Program-made: the position numbers and the translations under genes
In this document: positions 46,372-55,964 of the stretch, piece by piece
How positions within the stretch are numbered: the stretch's first letter is position 1
Layout: every line of letters begins with the position of its first letter
Notes under the pieces: generated by a model
What the model was told of the DNA's origin: nothing
What the model saw: the letters and a program-made list of their open reading frames with translations, nothing else
Databases searched by the model: none
From: Vulcanimicrobiota bacterium
Lineage (GTDB): Bacteria; Vulcanimicrobiota; Vulcanimicrobiia; Vulcanimicrobiales; Vulcanimicrobiaceae
NCBI GenBank assembly: GCA_027315245.1
Contig: DAHUYK010000128.1
Coordinates: 6,648-70,647, forward strand
Length of the DNA: 64,000 nucleotides
Direction of reading: 5' to 3'

Positions 46372-46974
46372 CTAATTCGAAGGGCGCAGGCTCGCTTGCT
46401 TGATTAATATTTGATAAACGTTGCGCGTGCGTTCGCGCAACTGCGCGAGCGTTGCGTCGTTCTCGATCGTGTAGTCGGCGCGGCGCTGTGCTTCTTCCGG
46501 CGATATCTGAGCCGCCATTCTGGCACGTACGTGCGCTTCGTCCAAACGATCGCGTGATGTGATGCGTGCGAGACGCTCCTGCATCGGAGCGATGACGACG
46601 ATACTTTTGTCGACATCGCGGTCGTATCCGGTTTCGAAAAGCAGCGGAACGACATGCACGACCAGCTGTCCCGATGCAGCGAAACGATCTCGTTCGCGCG
46701 CGAGGCGACGTACGTGCGGGTGCACGATCGCATTGAGACGCGCACGCGCCTCAGCATCACTGAACACGATCTCCGCTAAACCCGCGCGATCGAGCGCGTC
46801 GTTACGAATGACCTGCGGCCAGACGCGGGCAATTTCCATGAGGCCATCGCTATACGGAGCGACGGCCTCACGAGCGAGAACGTCCGTGTCGACGATGAAG
46901 GCGCCGAGGTCGGCAAACGCTGCGGCGACCTCACTCTTTCCGCTTCCGATGCCGCCGGTCAAGCCAACGCGCAC
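46372..46974 (-). CDS. coaE: Dephospho-CoA kinase
   Basis: 200 aa. P-loop VGLTGGIGSGKS. 18 nt downstream of rpsA. Confidence 0.92.
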   Translation of the reverse strand: MRVGLTGGIGSGKSEVAAAFADLGAFIVDTDVLAREAVAPYSDGLMEIARVWPQVIRNDALDRAGLAEIVFSDAEARARLNAIVHPHVRRLARERDRFAASGQLVVHVVPLLFETGYDRDVDKSIVVIAPMQERLARITSRDRLDEAHVRARMAAQISPEEAQRRADYTIENDATLAQLRERTRNVYQILIKQASLRPSN

Positions 46975-46992
46975 GGCGGGATATCGCAGCCC

Positions 46993-48111
46993 TTACGGAA
47001 GTTCGGGCTGTTCGGGAGCAGTGCCGTCCTCAGCCAAGGCTTCGATCGCTTCGGCGGGCACGTCGGCAACGTGTTGAATCGATGCCGTAATGCGACGTGT
47101 TGCGCGGTTGAGCGTGAGCAGCGTCACCTCGACGTCTTGTCCGCAAGCATAGGCGACGCTCGCATCGAACTCGCCGCTCGGAACCATCGCAAGGATGCCG
47201 GGAACGAGTTCCACGAGGAGATAGTTCGGCGTTACCTTGACGACCTGAGCCGTCAAACGATTCGTTTCGTAGAGTTTGCCGGCGTGTTCGTCCCAAGGAT
47301 CCGGCAACGTGTGCTTGAGCGACAGACTCACCTTTTTCGCTTCGGGATCGAACTTCATGATCTCGACTTGCACGGCGTCGCCGATCTTCACGACCTCGGA
47401 CGGATGCTTGATACGTGCGTACGATAGTTCGCTGTTGTGGATCAACCCGTCGACGCCGCCGAGATCGACGAACGCGCCGAAGTCGGCAAGCCGCACGACG
47501 ATGCCTTCGCGAATCTGTCCGACCTCCAACGTGCCGAGCAGCTCCTGTTTCTTCGCCTGCAGCTCCTCTTCGAGAACCTGGCGCTGCGAGAGCACGACGC
47601 GGTGCCGCTTGTGATCGAGATCGATCACCTTCAAACGCAGCCGCTGTCCCAGCAGCTCGTCGAGATCACCGACCGGCTGGCGCCGAATCTGCGATGCCGG
47701 CACGAAGCCGCGCATACCGAGGTCGACGAGGACGCCGCCTTTGACGACGTGCGTAACGGTCGCTTCGATCACTTCGTCGCGATCGTGCGCCTCAATGACC
47801 TGCTCCCACGTTTTTAGCGCGCGGGCACGCCGTTCCGAGAGGAAGAGCGTTCCGTCGAGATCGTCGATGCGATGCACCATGACCTCAAGCGTGTCGCCGA
47901 CACGCAGCGTCTTGGGATCGACGGCAAGCGAGAGCTCCTTGAACGGGAGCACGCCTTCCGATTTTCCGCCGACGTCGACGAGCAGTTCGTCTTTGTCTTT
48001 TTGAACGATGCTCCCGGTGAGCACCTGGCCTTCGTCCAGAACGCGCAGCGATTCTTCGTAGAGGCGCTGCTCGAATGCGAGTTGGTCCTCCTGGGGAGTT
48101 GTCGGAGCCAT
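46993..48111 (-). CDS. rpsA: 30S ribosomal protein S1 (four S1 domains)
   Basis: 372 aa. Four repeats of the S1 OB-fold pattern (e.g. GxIVxGxVxxxxxxGxFVDLGGxxGLIHxSEL). Confidence 0.9.
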   Translation of the reverse strand: MAPTTPQEDQLAFEQRLYEESLRVLDEGQVLTGSIVQKDKDELLVDVGGKSEGVLPFKELSLAVDPKTLRVGDTLEVMVHRIDDLDGTLFLSERRARALKTWEQVIEAHDRDEVIEATVTHVVKGGVLVDLGMRGFVPASQIRRQPVGDLDELLGQRLRLKVIDLDHKRHRVVLSQRQVLEEELQAKKQELLGTLEVGQIREGIVVRLADFGAFVDLGGVDGLIHNSELSYARIKHPSEVVKIGDAVQVEIMKFDPEAKKVSLSLKHTLPDPWDEHAGKLYETNRLTAQVVKVTPNYLLVELVPGILAMVPSGEFDASVAYACGQDVEVTLLTLNRATRRITASIQHVADVPAEAIEALAEDGTAPEQPELP

Positions 48112-48164
48112 TTGCGTGGTTGTGATGTTGTGTGCCTACCTTTATATATTATTCTGCGGACGCG

Positions 48165-48971
48165 TTAGCGCTGGCAACGCCGGCACCACCACGTTCCACG
48201 CTGGCCGAGCATCGTCCGAACGATCGGCTCGCCGCAGCGCGCACAAGGTGCTCCCAATCTCCCGTAGACGGAGAGAACGTCCTGAAAACCGCCCCGCGCA
48301 CCCCGTGCATCCACGTAATCGTCGATGCTCGAACCGCCGAGCGCGATGGCCCGCGTCAGAACGTCGATGACGGCGTGATGCAACCGGGTTGCGGCCGCCC
48401 TCGTCACGGTTCGTGAGGGACGGCTCGGGCGAACTTCCGCCCTCCATAGCGCCTCGCACGCGTAGATATTTCCAACGCCCGCGATGCGCTTTTGGTCGAG
48501 CAACAGGACCTTGACCGGTGTTTTCCGCCCAGCCAGCATACCCGCAAAGGCTTCCACTGTAAAGCCCGCGCCGAGGGGTTCGATGCCGAGCGCATGGTCC
48601 CAGCGCTCGCCGGGGGCAACGAGCCGCACGCGGCCGAACGTCCGCACGTCCGCGAAGAGCAGCCTGCGCCTGCCCGACAAGCCAAAAACGACGTGCGTAC
48701 CGGGCGGTTCCTCCCTGCTGCCGACGACGAGACGCCCCGTCATTCGTAGGCCGACGACGAGCCGCCATCCGGAACCCAGGTCGAAAACGACGTACTTTCC
48801 GCGGCGCGTGACGCTGGCGATGCGCTCGCCCGTCACACGCTGCGCGAACGAGACTCCGCGCGGCGCGAGGACGTTCTTCTTCGAGCGTATCTCGACGGAA
48901 CGAATCGTCGCGCCGGCGATCGCGCCGTGCAGCCCGCGCGCGATCGTTTCGGCTTCAGGGAGCTCCGGCAC
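48165..48971 (-). CDS. mutM: Formamidopyrimidine-DNA glycosylase
   Basis: GTG at 48971 gives the (M)PELPEAETI N-terminus. H2TH region; C-terminal zinc finger CARCGEPIVRTMLGQRGTWWCRRCQ. Confidence 0.9.
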   Translation of the reverse strand: MPELPEAETIARGLHGAIAGATIRSVEIRSKKNVLAPRGVSFAQRVTGERIASVTRRGKYVVFDLGSGWRLVVGLRMTGRLVVGSREEPPGTHVVFGLSGRRRLLFADVRTFGRVRLVAPGERWDHALGIEPLGAGFTVEAFAGMLAGRKTPVKVLLLDQKRIAGVGNIYACEALWRAEVRPSRPSRTVTRAAATRLHHAVIDVLTRAIALGGSSIDDYVDARGARGGFQDVLSVYGRLGAPCARCGEPIVRTMLGQRGTWWCRRCQR

Positions 48972-49395
48972 AACGCAAGCGAACCCCCGGAACGATGCCA
49001 TCGCGCGCGGCTTCGCCCGCGCCAAGCTCGATGACGTACCGAGCGCGTCCGCTTTCCAGCGGAATGTCATTGTCGGGCGTGTCGAGCGCAACGGTAGGAA
49101 CGCGCGCAAAGACGCGCCGCACCGTGCCGTCGCTTGAAACGAAGACCATGTCGAGTGAGACGAGCGTGTCCTTCATCCAAAACGAAACCGGCCCGTCGGA
49201 GTCGAAGACGAAGAGCATGCCCGTGTGCGGCGCAAGCGCGCTCCGGCTCATCAGTCCTCTCTCGCGCTCCAGCTCCGTCGTGGCCGTCTCCAAACGCAGC
49301 TGCGCGCGCGGCGCGTCGACGATCGTCACGGCGAGCGGCGGATTCGGCGACGGCAAAAGCGTCGCTGCAGCGAGCACGAGCGCGCTATACGGCAT
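48955..49395 (-). CDS. DUF192 domain protein (secreted)
   Basis: 146 aa from the ATG at 49395. DUF192 core GMLFVFDSDGPVSFWMKDTLVSLDMVFVSSDG. Overlaps the polA stop (11 nt) and the fpg start (17 nt). Confidence 0.7.
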   Translation of the reverse strand: MPYSALVLAAATLLPSPNPPLAVTIVDAPRAQLRLETATTELERERGLMSRSALAPHTGMLFVFDSDGPVSFWMKDTLVSLDMVFVSSDGTVRRVFARVPTVALDTPDNDIPLESGRARYVIELGAGEAARDGIVPGVRLRCAGAP

Positions 49396-52000
49396 CGAGC
49401 GGCCCCACGTCGTACCAGTTCGGGCCCGCCTTGAGCGTCGTTTCGAGCGGCACCGAGAGCTGCATCGCGCCTTCCATGACATCGCGCACGAGGTGCGCCA
49501 CGTCGTGCAAGGCTTCTCGAGGAACCTCGAAGATCAACTCGTCGTGTATCTGCAGCAGCATTTCCGCAGGCAGCCCCTTCTCACGCAGCGCACGGTCGAC
49601 GCGCACCATCGCCAACTTCATGAGATCCGCAGCGCTCCCTTGTAACGGAGCGTTGGTTGCTTCGCGTTCCGCCGCGCTGCGAACGGCGAAGTTCGACGAA
49701 GCGAGCGACGGCATGTAGCGCCGGCGCCCGAGAATCGTCGAAACGTATCCGTTGCGGCGCCCCTCCTCGAGCGTGCTCGCAATGAACGCACGTACCAAAG
49801 GAAAGCGCGCGAAGTATGCCGCCGTCATCTCCTTGGCCTGAGCACGCGAGATCTCGAGCCGCTGAGCGAGCCCGAACTCGGACATGCCGTACAGCAGCCC
49901 GAAGTTCACGCTCTTTGCCAACCGGCGCTGCTCGGCGTCGACGCGCGCATCCGGCGTTACCCCGAAGATTTGGCGCGCCGTGAAATCGTGAATGTCCTGC
50001 CCCTCTTCGAACGCCCGGCGCATCGCTTCGTCGCCGCAGAGATGTGCCATGAAGCGCAGCTCGATCTGGCTGTAGTCCGCTGCGAGCAGCGCGTTCCCGT
50101 CGCGGGCGACGAACGCGCGGCGAATGCGCCTGCCCAGATCGCCGCGCACCGGGACGTTCTGCAGGTTGGGGTTCGTCGAGGAGAGCCGCCCGGTTGCCGT
50201 TGCGGTCTGGTTGAAGATCGTGTGCAATCGCCCGTCGCGTGGATCGACGAGCTGCGGGATGACGTCGACGTACGTGTTCTTGAGCTTCGTCACCTCACGC
50301 CAGTCGAGCACGAGCGCGCAGATCGGGTACTCACGTGCCAGCGACGCAAGCACTTCGACCCCGGTTGCCCACCCGGTCTTGCTCTTCTTGACGCTGGGAA
50401 TCTGCAGTTTGCCGAAGAGCACGTTCCCAAGCTGTTGCGGCGACGCGATGTTGAACGTCTCGCCGGCGAAGTCGTATATCTGACGCTCGAGGCCTGCGCT
50501 CGCGGCGTCGATCTCTTTCGCGAGGACGTGCAACTCGCTCTGCTCGATTGCGATACCGGCGCGCTCCATCGTCGCGAGCACAGGCACGAGCGGTACCTCG
50601 ATCTCTTCATAGAGCCGCCGCTGGTCGCGCTCCTCGAGGCGCCCGCGCAGCATTCCGCCGAGCCGAAGCGTCGCATCGGCATACGCGGCCGCATCTTGTG
50701 CAACGCCGGCCCCAAGGAACTCCGCCGCTGCGTCGCCGATAGCAGCGTACGAGCGCGACGGGTTGACGAGGTGCGCCGCGATCATCGTGTCGTCCTCGAA
50801 GTATGCCGTCACGCCGTGTGCTCGCAGCACGTGGTTTGCGCGCTTCGCGTCGTGAACGCTGCGCCGGCTGCTGCCGGCTAGAAGGCCTTCGAAGGCCGCG
50901 CGCACCTCGCCGTGCGCGAGCGCGTCGAGCGCGAAGGAGAGCCCCTCACCTTCACGCGCGCTCAATCCCATTGCTCCTTCGTGGAACGCGACCGCGAGCA
51001 TCGGTGCACCCGCCATCGTCTCCAGCTGGCTCGCGAGGCGTGCGAACTCGGGAGGATCGACGGAGGCGACGTAGCTGCGATACGATCCCGCGATGCGTTC
51101 TGCGTTCGGCAGCAGCGGAAGGTCCGGCGGCGGCTTCATGCGCGCGAGCAGCGTCTTGAACTCGAGTTCCGCGAAGAGCGGGTACAGCGTAGCGTCGGCC
51201 GGCTTTGCGTAACGGCTACCCTTCCAATCGACGTCGAGCGGGAGCGCCCGGTCGACCCGCGAGACGTCCCTGCAGAGTTGCGCCTGCGCGCCGTACTCTT
51301 GTACGAGACGTTGGAGTTTTGGCGTCCCCGCGAGCGTCGAATCCGCCACGAGCGCATCGAGCGAGCCCGCCGTCTGCAACAGCTTCGACGCCGTCTTTTC
51401 GCCGACGCCGGGGATGCCGGGGAGATTATCGGAGGGATCGCCTTTGAGGCCGCGGTAATCCGCGAGCTGCTCCGGTGCTAAACCGAAGCGCTCGTGCACT
51501 GCCGCGACGTCGTATCGCACCAGATCGGTGATGCCGCGCCGCGTTGCAAGCACGGTCGTTGCGTCGTCGACGATCTGGAGCAAATCGAGATCGCCCGTGA
51601 GGACGAGCACCCGCGCACCCGACGTCTGCGCCTTGCACGCAATCGTCGCGATGACGTCGTCGGCTTCTTGACCCTCGATCTCCGCGATGGGAATACCGTA
51701 CGCGTCGAGCACGCGCCGCACGAGCGCGAACTGTCCGCGCAGCTCTTCCGGCATCGTTTGACGCTGTGCCTTGTACTGGGGATAGAGCGCGACACGGTGC
51801 GCCGGCATGCCTTTGTCGAATGCCGCGATCACGTTCGTCGGCTTTTCATCGGCAATGGCTTTGTTCAACATCATCGTGAAGCCGTAGACCGCGTTGATCG
51901 GGGTGCCCTTGACCGTCGACAGCGGCGGCAGGGCAAAGAACGCACGGTAGACGAGGCCGTACGTGTCGAGTAACAGCAGCGTGTCGCGCCCGTGCACCAT
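49385..52000 (-). CDS. polA: DNA polymerase I
   Basis: 871 aa. 5'-nuclease N-terminus (LLLLDTYGLVYRAFFALP). Pol motifs A (LLAADYSQIELR), B (RRLAKSVNFGLLYG) and C (LLQIHDELIFE). GGAGG SD before the ATG. Confidence 0.97.
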   Translation of the reverse strand: MVHGRDTLLLLDTYGLVYRAFFALPPLSTVKGTPINAVYGFTMMLNKAIADEKPTNVIAAFDKGMPAHRVALYPQYKAQRQTMPEELRGQFALVRRVLDAYGIPIAEIEGQEADDVIATIACKAQTSGARVLVLTGDLDLLQIVDDATTVLATRRGITDLVRYDVAAVHERFGLAPEQLADYRGLKGDPSDNLPGIPGVGEKTASKLLQTAGSLDALVADSTLAGTPKLQRLVQEYGAQAQLCRDVSRVDRALPLDVDWKGSRYAKPADATLYPLFAELEFKTLLARMKPPPDLPLLPNAERIAGSYRSYVASVDPPEFARLASQLETMAGAPMLAVAFHEGAMGLSAREGEGLSFALDALAHGEVRAAFEGLLAGSSRRSVHDAKRANHVLRAHGVTAYFEDDTMIAAHLVNPSRSYAAIGDAAAEFLGAGVAQDAAAYADATLRLGGMLRGRLEERDQRRLYEEIEVPLVPVLATMERAGIAIEQSELHVLAKEIDAASAGLERQIYDFAGETFNIASPQQLGNVLFGKLQIPSVKKSKTGWATGVEVLASLAREYPICALVLDWREVTKLKNTYVDVIPQLVDPRDGRLHTIFNQTATATGRLSSTNPNLQNVPVRGDLGRRIRRAFVARDGNALLAADYSQIELRFMAHLCGDEAMRRAFEEGQDIHDFTARQIFGVTPDARVDAEQRRLAKSVNFGLLYGMSEFGLAQRLEISRAQAKEMTAAYFARFPLVRAFIASTLEEGRRNGYVSTILGRRRYMPSLASSNFAVRSAAEREATNAPLQGSAADLMKLAMVRVDRALREKGLPAEMLLQIHDELIFEVPREALHDVAHLVRDVMEGAMQLSVPLETTLKAGPNWYDVGPLDAV

Positions 52001-52007
52001 GCGCCTC

Positions 52008-54353
52008 CTAAGGAAGGTCCACGACGGAGGAGCCGACGATCACGCGTCCGTCCTGCGCGATGTCGAGCACCGACACCGTGTAGCGGCCTGGCTGCGACGG
52101 AAGCTCGACGGCAAACTCGTCCCCGTCCACGTGGTGCACGCTCCACGAAAGTGCCGTCGTGTCGGCCTGCGCGATCGTAAGATCGGGCGGCGGCTCCGTA
52201 CGGCGCACGAACTCGAGCACGAGCGGATGCTCGCCGGTCGAGTCGACCCAAGGATGCCACGTCGTGCTCTCCGGGGCGCTCGTCTGCGCCGTGCTGACGC
52301 CGAACTGCAGCAGGCCCGGTGCGGTGCTGAAGAGAGCACTGCCCGACGGGTCGCCCTTCGTGAAGCGAACCACGACGGTTCCAGGCGTTGCGTAGACGCC
52401 CGAAAGAGAGAGCCGCGCGCCGGCTGGCGGCTGCGCCGACGGCGTAACGTGCAGCACCGCGCGGGCGGCTCGTCCGCGCGCGTCGACGTCGACGGGAAGC
52501 GTGCTCGATTCGACGGCGCCGTCGTGCACGAAGGCAACGCCGAGCTGCAGCGCCCCCGGTGCATCGACCGCGCGCAGAGTCGCACGCGCTCGACCGCCGT
52601 CGACGCGAGCGATGCTCGCTTCGACACCGAACGCGCCGGCAAGCGTCAGGAGCGCTTCTCCCGTCGCACCGGGCGCTTGCGCGTCGACGAGGATCGGGTC
52701 GCCAGGCCGATAAACCGCGCGGTCGAGCTTCACGGTGACGTTCTCGCTATTGGCGAGCCTCGCATCCGCTGTGGCTTGCGCGACGACCTCGAGCTGTGTG
52801 GCGTCCAGCGCGCGCTGCGATCCGTCGTCCAGGCTCGCAAGCATCAAGTTCGTCCCGAGGTCAGCATCGTGGAAGGCGCCACGCGCATGACCGTCATCGC
52901 CAAGAACGAGCGTCTGTTCTTGCCGCGCTCCGCCGTGCGAGAGCGACACGGTCACGCGCCCCGAACTCGGGCGACCCGTCTGCACGTCGTTTGCATAGAC
53001 GTCGAAGCCGATCGGCGTCCCGAGCTGCACCTGGTCGCGATCGACGTGCAAGCGCACGGTCACGCGCGCGGTAGGAACCACGATGCGCGTATCGGCCGTG
53101 GCACCGCCGGATTGGACTCGCACGCCGTACGTCGACGCAAGGCCGTCCTCGGGTTTTGGAATGCGTATCTCGGCGCGTCCGTCTGCGCCGGCCTGCAGGC
53201 GTTGCGTGTACCACGCAGTCGTCCCCCACGGCGTCGTCTGCGGCGTGTAGCCCACGTAGACGTGCGGCGAACGAATGACCGTTACGAGCAGATCGGTGTC
53301 GGGTCGCGATGCGTGGAGGATCACCGGAACGTCCTCATTGGGATTGCAGTCGTCACCGCATGCCGACGCGACATCGAGCGTCAAGCCACCGGCGTCCGCA
53401 TCGACGTGAACGCTTGCGCCGCCGACGCCGTCGCCGACCTGCGCGAGAATTGCGTCGTCGCCGGAGCGTGCGTCGGAAGGCACGCGCAAGTCCGTGCTGA
53501 ACGCGCCCGCGCCGTCGACCTGGACGCGCACGTGGTCGAGAATGCGCGCTCCGTCGCGCAACGATACCTCCGCATCGCCGCTCGCGGGCTCGAGCGCGTC
53601 TCCGCGACGCACGCGCGCGAAACCGATCACGCGGACGATGCCGCCGCCGTGTACGACGGCGGATGCGGTGCGCACGCCGACGACCGCCGAGGGAACGGGC
53701 GCAACCGGCAACGGGCTCAAGAACGCGACGCTGTCGCCCCACTGTGCCAGCACGAACACCGGCCGATCCCGCCCTCGGTAACGCAGCGATCCGTCGACGC
53801 CGGTGTATCGCGTCACGAATCGATCGTTGACCAACAGCATGACGCGCATGTCACGCAGCGACGCACCCGTGCCGAGATCCACTCCGTGTAGAAAGAGTTC
53901 ATCGGGTGTTTGCTGTGCGATCAAACCGAGCCGCGTGCGGTTGATCCATACTTGCTCGCCGACGTTGCCGCGCCGCGCCTCGACGACGAAGAATCCTTGC
54001 GCCGTACCGAGCGGCACGTTGACGTAGTTTGGCTGAAACTGATAGCCGCCGGGCGGCCTAAAGGTAAAGCGCGCAACCGGCCGGAGACGGCGCGTATCGA
54101 TCGCGCGCGGGCGCGCATTCGATCCGGCGGTGAGCACGTCGCGCGGATCGACACGATAGACCGAAAACTGAACGGGCGCACTAGAATATGTGTCGAGCCG
54201 TACGCTCGTCGGTTTCCATGGAACGTTTGAGTCCGCTGCGAACAGGGCAAAGTAAGCGTCGAGTTTATGCAGATCGACGATGGGCCTGGCGGCCTGCGCG
54301 GGCGCGACGCAGAGCAACGCAACCAGCACGGCGGCAAGAGCTCGAAGCGGCAT
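52008..54353 (-). CDS. Large secreted beta-rich repeat protein, alpha-2-macroglobulin MG-domain-like (no thioester motif seen)
   Basis: 781 aa from the ATG at 54353, with signal peptide MPLRALAAVLVALLCVAPAQA. Repetitive beta-sandwich-like segments throughout. No CxEQ thioester motif found. Its stop is 7 nt from the polA start. Confidence 0.5.
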   Translation of the reverse strand: MPLRALAAVLVALLCVAPAQAARPIVDLHKLDAYFALFAADSNVPWKPTSVRLDTYSSAPVQFSVYRVDPRDVLTAGSNARPRAIDTRRLRPVARFTFRPPGGYQFQPNYVNVPLGTAQGFFVVEARRGNVGEQVWINRTRLGLIAQQTPDELFLHGVDLGTGASLRDMRVMLLVNDRFVTRYTGVDGSLRYRGRDRPVFVLAQWGDSVAFLSPLPVAPVPSAVVGVRTASAVVHGGGIVRVIGFARVRRGDALEPASGDAEVSLRDGARILDHVRVQVDGAGAFSTDLRVPSDARSGDDAILAQVGDGVGGASVHVDADAGGLTLDVASACGDDCNPNEDVPVILHASRPDTDLLVTVIRSPHVYVGYTPQTTPWGTTAWYTQRLQAGADGRAEIRIPKPEDGLASTYGVRVQSGGATADTRIVVPTARVTVRLHVDRDQVQLGTPIGFDVYANDVQTGRPSSGRVTVSLSHGGARQEQTLVLGDDGHARGAFHDADLGTNLMLASLDDGSQRALDATQLEVVAQATADARLANSENVTVKLDRAVYRPGDPILVDAQAPGATGEALLTLAGAFGVEASIARVDGGRARATLRAVDAPGALQLGVAFVHDGAVESSTLPVDVDARGRAARAVLHVTPSAQPPAGARLSLSGVYATPGTVVVRFTKGDPSGSALFSTAPGLLQFGVSTAQTSAPESTTWHPWVDSTGEHPLVLEFVRRTEPPPDLTIAQADTTALSWSVHHVDGDEFAVELPSQPGRYTVSVLDIAQDGRVIVGSSVVDLP

Positions 54354-54434
54354 CGATGGTTCGCCCTTCGACGGACGGGCGATGACGGGCCTGCGGAGAA
54401 GGGCCGCCGGACGCAGGCGCGTAAGGCTCCTCGC

Positions 54435-54599
54435 GTGGACGAGCAAGGCACCGAGGGTTCGACGTCGACGTACTGCCGCTACTGCGGCTGCGACGACGAT
54501 GCCGACTGCGCTACGGAGATGCGCGACAAAGCGCACATCCAAGTCGTCGTCGCCTGCGGCTCGTGCGGTCACGCGTTCACCGCACTGTCGCGAAACTAG
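54435..54599 (+). CDS. Candidate small zinc-ribbon protein (two CxxC pairs)
   Basis: 54 codons from an in-frame GTG at 54435: ...TYCRYCGCDDDADCATEMRDKAHIQVVVACGSCGHAF... It lies in the divergent intergenic region. It overlaps the next ORF start by 37 nt and could be a high-GC chance ORF. Confidence 0.25.
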   Translation: MDEQGTEGSTSTYCRYCGCDDDADCATEMRDKAHIQVVVACGSCGHAFTALSRN

Positions 54600-55117
54600 G
54601 TCGGAAGATACGCTCCTTTGCGGTCGTCGTGGCGGTCGCGGTCGCCGTTTTGGCGGCGGCGCCGGCGCCACACGCGCACACGCCGCCTGCTCATACGCCG
54701 CCGCACGCCTTGCCGCGCGTTCCACGCGTGCGCGTGCCGACGGTTCCACTGCACACCGAGTTCGTCGTCGAGGTCAACCATCTCGGCCAAGTCGTTCGTG
54801 TGAATAGTGCAAAGGGCTGCAAGAACTACTTCTTTAACGCGCAGACGTACGGCAACGTTTTGCAAATGTGGATCCGCCATCCCAACGGCAAGGCCGACGT
54901 CGGACTCTATCGCGTCAGCTACGACTACAACCCCCATTCGCGTACCGTCTCACGCCACGTCGCGCTCATCCGCCGAGGAGGAACGTGGGGGAACGCTCAA
55001 GGCGCTGCAAATCAGATGGTCGAGCAGGCGCGGCGTGAAAACGCAGCGATGAACGGACACAATCTCCCGTCGCTGCAGCACATCCTTGGCACGCCAACGC
55101 CCCATCCCAAACACTAG
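54563..55117 (+). CDS. Hypothetical secreted protein
   Basis: 184 aa. Basic N-region plus hydrophobic stretch FAVVVAVAVAVLAAAPAP, short HTPP repeats, then a globular C-terminal part. GTG start; no family recognised. Confidence 0.5.
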   Translation: MRSRVHRTVAKLGRKIRSFAVVVAVAVAVLAAAPAPHAHTPPAHTPPHALPRVPRVRVPTVPLHTEFVVEVNHLGQVVRVNSAKGCKNYFFNAQTYGNVLQMWIRHPNGKADVGLYRVSYDYNPHSRTVSRHVALIRRGGTWGNAQGAANQMVEQARRENAAMNGHNLPSLQHILGTPTPHPKH

Positions 55118-55964
55118 GAGCCTGCGCTACGCGACCTTCGTCACGGCGGGCTCACAGCCGCGCCCGGCGATCGTCGAAGGTGACCTGCTGCGCGTCATCG
55201 ACGCGCCGAGTCTGCTCGCGTACATCGCCCTCGACGAGCGCGAGCGCTCCGCGGCGCTCACAGGGACGCGGCTGCCGCTCTCGGAGGCTAGACTCGACGC
55301 GCCCGTTCGTCCGCACCGCAACGTCTTCTGCGTCGGACGCAACTACCTCGAACACGCCAAAGAGGGCGCGCGCGCGCTTGGACGGGAGCTAACGCTCCCG
55401 ACGGTACCCACGTTCTTCACGAAAGCGCCTACGGCAATCGCCGCACCCGATTCCGTTCTCGCCCTGCAAGCTCGAGTCTCCGCCGAGTACGACTACGAGG
55501 CGGAACTCGCCGTCGTGATCGGAACGCGGTGCAGAGACGTGGAGGAGGCGGCGTGGCGAAGCGTTGTCTTCGGGTACACGTGCCTGAACGACGTCACAGC
55601 ACGCGACCTCCAACGCGCACACGGTCAGTGGTTCAAAGGAAAGAGCCTTGACGACGCGTGCCCCATGGGCCCGTGGATCGTCTCGGCGGACGAGATCGAC
55701 CCCGCGCGCCTCGCGATCTCGCTGCGCCTCAACGGCGAACTGCGCCAGAGCAGTAATACGACCGGCATGATCTTTGCGATTCCGCGACTCATCGCCGAAC
55801 TCAGTCGCGGCATGACGCTCGAAGCGGGAGACGTCATCGCGACCGGAACGCCGGAGGGTGTCGGCTTCGCCCGCACCCCGCCTACGTTTCTCGCCGACGG
55901 CGACGAAATGGCCGTCACCATCGAAGGAATCGGCACGTTGCGCAACCATATTCACATCTCATGA
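55086..55964 (+). CDS. Fumarylacetoacetate hydrolase (FAH) family protein
   Basis: Motifs FCVGRNYLEHAKE, EAELAVVIG, GDVIATGTPEGVG. The TTG start at 55086 is uncertain. The stop overlaps the pntAA ATG (ATGA). Confidence 0.85.
   Translation: MARQRPIPNTRSLRYATFVTAGSQPRPAIVEGDLLRVIDAPSLLAYIALDERERSAALTGTRLPLSEARLDAPVRPHRNVFCVGRNYLEHAKEGARALGRELTLPTVPTFFTKAPTAIAAPDSVLALQARVSAEYDYEAELAVVIGTRCRDVEEAAWRSVVFGYTCLNDVTARDLQRAHGQWFKGKSLDDACPMGPWIVSADEIDPARLAISLRLNGELRQSSNTTGMIFAIPRLIAELSRGMTLEAGDVIATGTPEGVGFARTPPTFLADGDEMAVTIEGIGTLRNHIHIS

Noticed and set aside
51963-53891. 642-aa plus-strand ORF opposite the MG-like secreted protein
   Set aside because: Extremely Arg-rich, with no signal or domain features. 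The minus-strand frame has a clean signal peptide and coherent beta-repeat sequence, so I kept that one, though neither was verified by a search.
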